A stretch of 64,000 nucleotides of DNA from an uncultured bacterium (GTDB taxonomy: Bacteria; Krumholzibacteriota; Krumholzibacteriia; JACNKJ01), in assembly GCA_964344565.1 (NCBI GenBank), contig CAYFNT010000010.1:22641-86640 (forward strand). The letters are read 5' to 3'. The position numbers were made by a program, and so were the translations under genes. Below the pieces are notes generated by a model. That model was not told the DNA's origin. It saw only the letters and a program-made list of their open reading frames with translations, and searched no databases. This document shows, piece after piece, positions 59,022 through 64,000 of this stretch. Each line of letters opens with the position of its first letter. Positions within the stretch are counted from its first letter, which is position 1.

Positions 59022-59627
59022 TCATCCATCCTTTCTCGATGATGTGTTTTCCCGGCGAGTTCGTCGCATGAGCAGGACGAGCGTGAAGCCGGTGATCGCT
59101 CCGTTTAAGGTTCCCAGGACGATCCAGCCCGAAGGGAAGCTCGGATTCGCGTCCATGTTCAAACTCTCCATGGCGATGGCGAAGCCGCCGAGCACCCAGC
59201 CGAGGATGCTCGCGAGAATCCAACACCATGCCTTGCTCAACCGCTTCTTGAGGAGCCGCCATTGGAGCAGGCCGAGGGTTGGGCCGAGCAGCGTCACGCC
59301 CAGCAGGCCGGCTTCACTGCCGAAAGAGCCGAGGGCGATCGCCAGGACGACCATGATGACGACCGAGGCGACGCTGGCGAGGACCCAGGATCCTGCCGGC
59401 AGAATGCGAGCCACGAAGTAGGACTGAACGATTCCCGCCAGCAAGGCTCCCAGGGCGTAGGCCATCAATGTGACCACGATCAAACCCCCGGATCCGCCTG
59501 CGATCACTCCCAGCGGCCCCCCGATGCCCCATGCGAAGGCGGTTCCGAGTGTCCAGGCGAGCCAAAGCCACAATGCGGATGGCGTCCTTCGCAACTCCGT
59601 CTCATTCGGGATCCGATTCGAACTCAT
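59022..59627 (-). CDS. hypothetical multi-TM membrane protein with internal duplication
   Basis: 201 aa. The two halves each begin with a Trp-rich helix (LWLWLAWTLGTAFAWGIGG and AWCWILASILGWVLGG). First gene divergent from tetR. Confidence 0.65.
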   Translation of the reverse strand: MSSNRIPNETELRRTPSALWLWLAWTLGTAFAWGIGGPLGVIAGGSGGLIVVTLMAYALGALLAGIVQSYFVARILPAGSWVLASVASVVIMVVLAIALGSFGSEAGLLGVTLLGPTLGLLQWRLLKKRLSKAWCWILASILGWVLGGFAIAMESLNMDANPSFPSGWIVLGTLNGAITGFTLVLLMRRTRRENTSSRKDG

Positions 59628-59657
59628 GGACAGCCTCCTTCTCTATGCGATGTCGAT

Positions 59658-59672
59658 GTTGACAGTGTCAAC
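59658..59672. promoter_or_regulatory. TetR-type operator 1, perfect palindrome GTTGACAGTGTCAAC
   Basis: Read directly in the 94-bp tetR/membrane-gene intergenic region. Confidence 0.65.
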
Positions 59673-59684
59673 TTTACCCCCGGG

Positions 59685-59701
59685 TGTTGACATTGTCAAC
59701 A
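59685..59701. promoter_or_regulatory. TetR-type operator 2, perfect palindrome TGTTGACATTGTCAACA
   Basis: Same half-sites as operator 1, centre-to-centre 28 bp. Contains the -35 hexamer of the tetR promoter. Confidence 0.65.
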
Positions 59702-59715
59702 TTTTTTCGTATAAA
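59687..59715 (+). promoter_or_regulatory. tetR promoter TTGACA-17-TATAAA, predicted leaderless transcript
   Basis: The -10 ends 6 nt before ATG 59722, and no SD lies between them. Confidence 0.55.
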
Positions 59716-59721
59716 TTTCCC

Positions 59722-60330
59722 ATGAGCAGTTCGAACGGCAGATATCACCATGGTGGCCTGAGGGCCGCGCTCCTTGCGGAAACCGCTGCAATGATTGCAG
59801 ATGAGGGCGTAGAGAGCGTGACCATGAGAGCCCTCAGCGGACGACTCGGCGTGTCACGTGCCGCTCCCTATCGGCACTTCCCCAGCAAATCCGCGCTTCT
59901 CGTGGCCGTGGCGGCCACCGGATTCGAGCGTCTGCGGGGCCGCATGCTGTCCATCGACGCGGGAGCCCCACGCGCGAGCGTCGAGCGATTCCGCCGCATG
60001 GGCGAGGAATACATACGCTTCGCGGTAGAGAATCCGGCGCACTATCGATTGATGTACGGCAAGGAAGCCTTGAGCCGTCAGGACCTTCCCGAGCTTCGGG
60101 AGGCGGCCAACGCCATCTTCGATCATCTCGTGGAAGTGATTCGCGCTCAGCAGAAGAACGGCGGCATCAAGCGTCAGGACCCCCGCATGCAGGCCTTCGC
60201 CGCCTGGAGCGCCGTGCACGGTCTGGCTTCCCTGGTGATCGAGGAGCAGATTCTGGGCGACGTGGATCTCGAGGACCTCATCCGTCAGACCACACGCACC
60301 TTATTGGAAGGTCTGCGAACCAGGCGCTAG
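59722..60330 (+). CDS. TetR/AcrR-family transcriptional regulator
   Basis: HTH block VESVTMRALSGRLGVSRAAPYRHFPSKSALLVAV. 202 aa from ATG 59722. The upstream part of the track ORF is a shadow. Confidence 0.88.
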   Translation: MSSSNGRYHHGGLRAALLAETAAMIADEGVESVTMRALSGRLGVSRAAPYRHFPSKSALLVAVAATGFERLRGRMLSIDAGAPRASVERFRRMGEEYIRFAVENPAHYRLMYGKEALSRQDLPELREAANAIFDHLVEVIRAQQKNGGIKRQDPRMQAFAAWSAVHGLASLVIEEQILGDVDLEDLIRQTTRTLLEGLRTRR

Positions 60331-60345
60331 CCCGGCGCCGATCCC

Positions 60346-61182
60346 TCAAGCCCCGGTCGGGGCGGGAGTCTTCCCGACTCCGTGTTCCTTGAAACTGGCC
60401 ACCTCTTTACCGATGTGACCGATCCACCAGCTCTTCAAGAACTTCAGGACGATAGCCGGATCCTGATTGACCCAGTAGTCGTCGAGAACCTTGATCGTGC
60501 TTCTGCGCAACTCGGCATGCAGCTGCTTGTGTTCATCGTAGAGCGGGTAATTGGAAGCGGCCTGGATGTACTCCTCCGTCTTGAAGTGCACGTCGGTGTA
60601 CTCCTTGACCAACTTGAAGACATGCTCCGCCTTTTCCTCGGCCCGCTGACCCCGAAGGTAGTAGAAGATCGAATTGATGGCGCTCACGATTCCGCGGTGC
60701 TGCGAATCGATGATGTTGATTCCCGAGTTGTAGCTGTCCTGCCAGGTGATGTAGAGGCCCAACTTGTCGCGAGCATTGTCGGAGTTCGACCGGAGGTGTC
60801 CGACGTAGTCCTTGTCGACCCCGTGCATGTGGTTTAACCACGCTTCCCTGAAGAACTGCATCAATTCGCCCTGCTTTTCGCCTATGGAACTCTCCTCGAG
60901 CAGCGCCGAGAGTTTCCGCTCCTTGGCCCTGTGCATTTCCGCGTGGGCTTCAAATTCCGGAAACCCGCTCTCACGCATGAGATCCTCTTCGGTGACCATG
61001 TGCAGATCGATGAATGCCGCCATCAGGTCGAGGGTCCTGCGCTTGTCTTCCTCGCAGAAGTCGTGTTCGCTGAAGAAGGCGAAGGAATTCATCGCGCTTC
61101 CGATTCCCAGATGCTCCTCATCAATAACGGGAAGGCCCAGAAAGGCCTGCTCTTCCGGTTCAACGAACAAACGATTCAGCAT
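60346..61182 (-). CDS. tandem (two-domain) haemerythrin-like metal-binding protein
   Basis: GGAG SD then ATG 61182. Two copies of the bacteriohaemerythrin pattern: IDEEH...HMVTEED...HAEMH...WLNHMHGVDKDY, and IDSQH...VHFKTEE...HKQLH...WWIGHIGKE. Confidence 0.85.
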   Translation of the reverse strand: MLNRLFVEPEEQAFLGLPVIDEEHLGIGSAMNSFAFFSEHDFCEEDKRRTLDLMAAFIDLHMVTEEDLMRESGFPEFEAHAEMHRAKERKLSALLEESSIGEKQGELMQFFREAWLNHMHGVDKDYVGHLRSNSDNARDKLGLYITWQDSYNSGINIIDSQHRGIVSAINSIFYYLRGQRAEEKAEHVFKLVKEYTDVHFKTEEYIQAASNYPLYDEHKQLHAELRRSTIKVLDDYWVNQDPAIVLKFLKSWWIGHIGKEVASFKEHGVGKTPAPTGA

Positions 61183-61309
61183 GGTGATCTCCTTTAGCGG
61201 CGAAACAGGCACAAACCATTCCAATTTGATGCTTGAATCACTTGAGCCTGTGCGTATGCGCGGAAAAAGAGAAGGCGGCAATGCGCTGACTCGGGGATAA
61301 GGAAGGCCC

Positions 61310-62680
61310 CTACCGGAAACCGAATACGATCGGGAAGACGGCCACCACGATCCAGGCCCAGATCGCGAAGATCGGAATGTAGCTCGTCTGCCAGCGCTCC
61401 AGTGCGGCGAAGGTGCCGCGCTTCGTCAGGAATCGCAGGTAGAGTAGAGCCGATCCCCCGAGATTGACGAGCAGGATCAGGTTCTCGCCCAGGGCCGCCA
61501 CCTTGTTGGGACTGAAACCGAACTCGGCGATGCGGGCCGTGATGGCCCAGAGGGCGAGGGCATCGACCAGCAGGGCGCAGAGAATCAATGCGAGCTGCAG
61601 CCGGTCGAAGAGCCCAGGAGGCGCTTGCGGATCCCGCGCCGAGATCGAGTAGAGCAACAGCGCCAAGACCAGGACCAGGAGCAAATCGAAGCCGATGAGC
61701 AGTTCGCGCCCCACGTCGAGGGCGTTGCCCGTGATCATCATGGTGACCACGAAGAAGAGCAGCAGGATGGCGAAGAGCGGCGTGAACAGACGCGTGAGCA
61801 CGGGCGCCATGTTCTCGATGACGCTTTGCTTCGACTCCACGAGCCAGGCGCTCACGAGCACGGCTCCCCCGATGCCACAGGGCAACATCCACTCCGATAC
61901 CAGGACCTCGGGATCCAGACCGATGGCCTGGAAGAGGAACGCGGTGAAGCCCATGAGGACGCCGCCACCGAGGCCGATCAGAACCAGGTAGATGAACCAC
62001 TCGCCGGAGAAGCGGACGAAGTTCATTCGTTGCGAAAGGTCTCTCCATCGTCCGCCGACGTAAGCGAAGCCGATGGAGAGCCACAGGGCGATGGGAAGGT
62101 GAAGGGCGGACAGGGCCTCTGTGTGCCCCATGCCCTGGAAGGGCATCAGGTTCATGACCAGACCGGCTGCGAGAAATGGCGCCGCCAGCCAGAGCCACGC
62201 ATTTCGCTGCAGATCTCGCTTCCATGCGAAGAACGCAGCAAGGTATGGCAGAATGAAGAGGGTCATGTTCCGAAGGTAAAAGGAATTGGCGGCATTGTCC
62301 GACAGGTGGCGCCCGAAGAGTTCGGGAAGCTTGATCGATATGCCCGCGGCGATGCCCAGGCCGATAGCCACCGCGGCGCTCCGCGACGAAGCCGCCGATG
62401 TCGCGCCAGGACTCGGCGACACGACCAGCTGCTTCCAAAGACGTTCGGAATACTCCTGGGCGAACTCCTGCGACAGGGAATCCAGATCGCCCAGACGCTT
62501 CACGGCCACGAGGAAAGCCTCGTCCTCGTCCAGTCCGGCTTCGCTCAGGGCTTCCACCTGACTGCGAAGATGGTCTTCGAGCTCATCGACATCGACGGCC
62601 TCGAGGGCCTGGCGCCGACGAAGGTAGTTCCGCCATTCCCCGATGCGTCCTTCCAGAGAGCTGATGTCGTTCATCCCCAT
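61310..62680 (-). CDS. PadR-associated membrane protein: N-terminal cytoplasmic helical domain (DUF1700/HAAS-like) plus ~10-TM domain (DUF4153-like; names unverified)
   Basis: GAAGGAGA SD then ATG 62680, 21 nt after the padR stop. N-terminus IGEWRNYLRRRQALEAVDVDELEDHLRSQVEALSEAGLDEDEAFLVAVKRLGD, followed by many TM helices. Confidence 0.75.
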   Translation of the reverse strand: MGMNDISSLEGRIGEWRNYLRRRQALEAVDVDELEDHLRSQVEALSEAGLDEDEAFLVAVKRLGDLDSLSQEFAQEYSERLWKQLVVSPSPGATSAASSRSAAVAIGLGIAAGISIKLPELFGRHLSDNAANSFYLRNMTLFILPYLAAFFAWKRDLQRNAWLWLAAPFLAAGLVMNLMPFQGMGHTEALSALHLPIALWLSIGFAYVGGRWRDLSQRMNFVRFSGEWFIYLVLIGLGGGVLMGFTAFLFQAIGLDPEVLVSEWMLPCGIGGAVLVSAWLVESKQSVIENMAPVLTRLFTPLFAILLLFFVVTMMITGNALDVGRELLIGFDLLLVLVLALLLYSISARDPQAPPGLFDRLQLALILCALLVDALALWAITARIAEFGFSPNKVAALGENLILLVNLGGSALLYLRFLTKRGTFAALERWQTSYIPIFAIWAWIVVAVFPIVFGFR

Positions 62681-62700
62681 TGTCTCCTTCGCGAGAACCG

Positions 62701-63054
62701 TCAGATCGGCTGCAGAGCCGAATCGTTCGAGTCAAACCAGATTCCCCGCATCGCCGAATCGACGACTTCCCATTGACGGCGGTGGCTGACGAGCAGTTCC
62801 ACTCCCGCCTCGGTCAAGCGGTAGTACTTCCGCCGCCGCCCCGTCTCCGACATCCCCCAGACCGCCTTCACGTAGTCCTTGCGTTCGAGTCGGTGAAGCA
62901 GGGGATAGAGCATTCCATCGGTCCATTGCAATTCGCCGCCGGACAGTTCCCCGACCCGCTTGATGATGGCGTAGCCGTAGCTCTCACCCTCGCTGAGGAT
63001 GGCCAGCACCAGCGGTGTCGCCGACGCGGCGACGAGGTCTTTGCCGATATCCAT
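62701..63054 (-). CDS. PadR-family transcriptional regulator
   Basis: LVLAILSEGESYGYAIIKRV...WTDGMLYPLLHRLERKDYV...RRKYYRLTEAG is the canonical PadR wHTH. Start at ATG 63054. Confidence 0.9.
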   Translation of the reverse strand: MDIGKDLVAASATPLVLAILSEGESYGYAIIKRVGELSGGELQWTDGMLYPLLHRLERKDYVKAVWGMSETGRRRKYYRLTEAGVELLVSHRRQWEVVDSAMRGIWFDSNDSALQPI

Positions 63055-63079
63055 GGCGAATGCCCCTTTCCCTAGAGGC

Positions 63080-63108
63080 ACTATACATTGTTGTTCTATG
63101 TATGTCAA
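63080..63108 (-). promoter_or_regulatory. padR promoter TTGACA-17-TATAGT with embedded inverted repeat ATACAT-N9-ATGTAT
   Basis: Near-consensus hexamers read on the minus strand (complement of 63103-63108 and 63080-85). The inverted repeat (63083-63103) fills the spacer. AT-rich tract further upstream (63125-63150). Confidence 0.6.
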
Positions 63109-63433
63109 CAGGCAGGGGGGTGTCAGCTATAAAGCATTGCATTTAAATAATTTACGGAAGAAGCTCTACTCCCGCCAGAAGGTCTTCAGGGTGCTCCAGC
63201 TCTCCAAGCGCGCAGCGGTGTTGGATTCGACCCTCGTCTGGAATTCCTGGATGGTGATGCCCGCGATGGTGTCGAGATCCAGAAGCGCGCGCTTCTCGGA
63301 CAGGGCCCTGGCCAACTCCGCACTGCCTAGATCCTCGAATCTGGATCTCCAAACTCATGTGAACTACCTGAGTTCGGGAACCCTAGCATGCGGGCTTTTC
63401 GGAGCGTCAATCCCCGGTCGAAGGCTCGAGGGT

Positions 63434-63832
63434 TCAGCCCTCGCCATGCACCTGGTAGATCATGATGAGGTTGCCGCAGGTGTCGTCCAGGGTGGCCATG
63501 GACGTTTCCCCCTGACGCACGGGCTCGCCCCGAAACTCCACGCCGAGGTCGACGAGTCGTTTGAACTCCGCGTCGATGTCGTCGACGAGGAATGCAGTCA
63601 GCGGAAGACCCTCTTCGTAGATAGCCTTCTTGAATACCTTGGTGGCCGGATGCTCGCCGCAGGGCTCCAGGAGCAATTCCGTGGCGTCGGGCTCTTCGGG
63701 ACTCACGACCGTGACGTAGCGGGTTTCGCCCATGGGGATGTCATGCTTCTTCACGAAGCCCAACTTGCCCGTGTAGAAGTCGAGCGCTTTGTCGATGTCG
63801 GTGATGAATACGCTTTCGAGTCGGATCTTCAT
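63434..63832 (-). CDS. VOC-family (glyoxalase/bleomycin-resistance fold) protein
   Basis: 132 aa from ATG 63832: MKIRLESVFITDIDKALDFYTGKLGFVKKHD...FLVDDIDAEFKRLVDLGVEF... Confidence 0.85.
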   Translation of the reverse strand: MKIRLESVFITDIDKALDFYTGKLGFVKKHDIPMGETRYVTVVSPEEPDATELLLEPCGEHPATKVFKKAIYEEGLPLTAFLVDDIDAEFKRLVDLGVEFRGEPVRQGETSMATLDDTCGNLIMIYQVHGEG

Positions 63833-64000
63833 TCTCGTACCCTCGCGATGAGTGGTTGATGAACGGGGCTGCTTCCATCTGGATAGATGGCGAAGCAACG
63901 CCATCGGACTCCGCCCTAACCAACACGTCGACGAACAGCGTAGCACATACCCAGGACGCAAGTCAGCCTAGCCGATGGAAAAAGCAGTTAAGACCGCATC

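Noticed and set aside
63152-63358. 68-aa minus-strand track ORF (MSLEIQIRGSRQCGV...) between padR and the VOC gene.
   Set aside because: Its translation is Arg/Gly/His-rich and non-protein-like. The +1 frame reads more convincingly (...FEDLGSAELARALSEKRALLDLDTIAGITIQEFQTRVESNTAARLESWSTLKTFWRE) but has no usable start after an upstream TGA. It may be a frameshifted small gene, but I cannot support a call.

Overview
GC-rich bacterial chromosomal segment (GC judged by eye and a few hand counts, not computed). I call about 57 protein-coding genes. I found no rRNA, tRNA, CRISPR array, transposase or integrase.

Left third: housekeeping genes and a complete cbb3 oxidase cluster.
- Housekeeping: partial carbamoyltransferase, ApbC/Mrp, FdxA-type ferredoxin, DUF255 thioredoxin-domain protein.
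- cbb3 cluster order: ccoI-ccoS-ccoNO(fused)-ccoQ-ccoP(single haem)-ccoG.

Middle: an accessory-looking set of large secreted enzymes.
- Three paralogous C25 gingipain-type peptidases, an M14 carboxypeptidase, an LVIVD beta-propeller protein and an S1 serine protease.
- All six end in the same ~80-aa FlgD-Ig / T9SS-type C-terminal domain, and each is preceded by an extended -10 element (TGnTAnAnT).
- Interleaved with them: an acyl-CoA ligase, a DtxR/MntR-regulated metal ABC importer, a DASS transporter and a monomeric isocitrate dehydrogenase.

Right end: TetR- and PadR-controlled membrane/envelope modules, including a tandem haemerythrin.

Most notable unexplained signals:
1. A small-protein family with a conserved extreme C-terminal tail (TWSEVKTLYE-like). 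Its tandem copies at 3.3-4.4 kb are interrupted by an in-frame TGA and apparent frameshifts.
2. A conserved 22-bp palindrome present three times, two copies bracketing an AT-richer ORF wedged between tandemly duplicated C25 genes.
3. Two matching MntR-type operators. One places an acidic putative outer-membrane barrel in the metal regulon.
4. Both ABC permeases carry 86-aa winged-helix-like tails.

The lineage guess (an uncultivated FCB-superphylum-like bacterium) is inference only. All family assignments rest on motifs read by eye, not on database searches.
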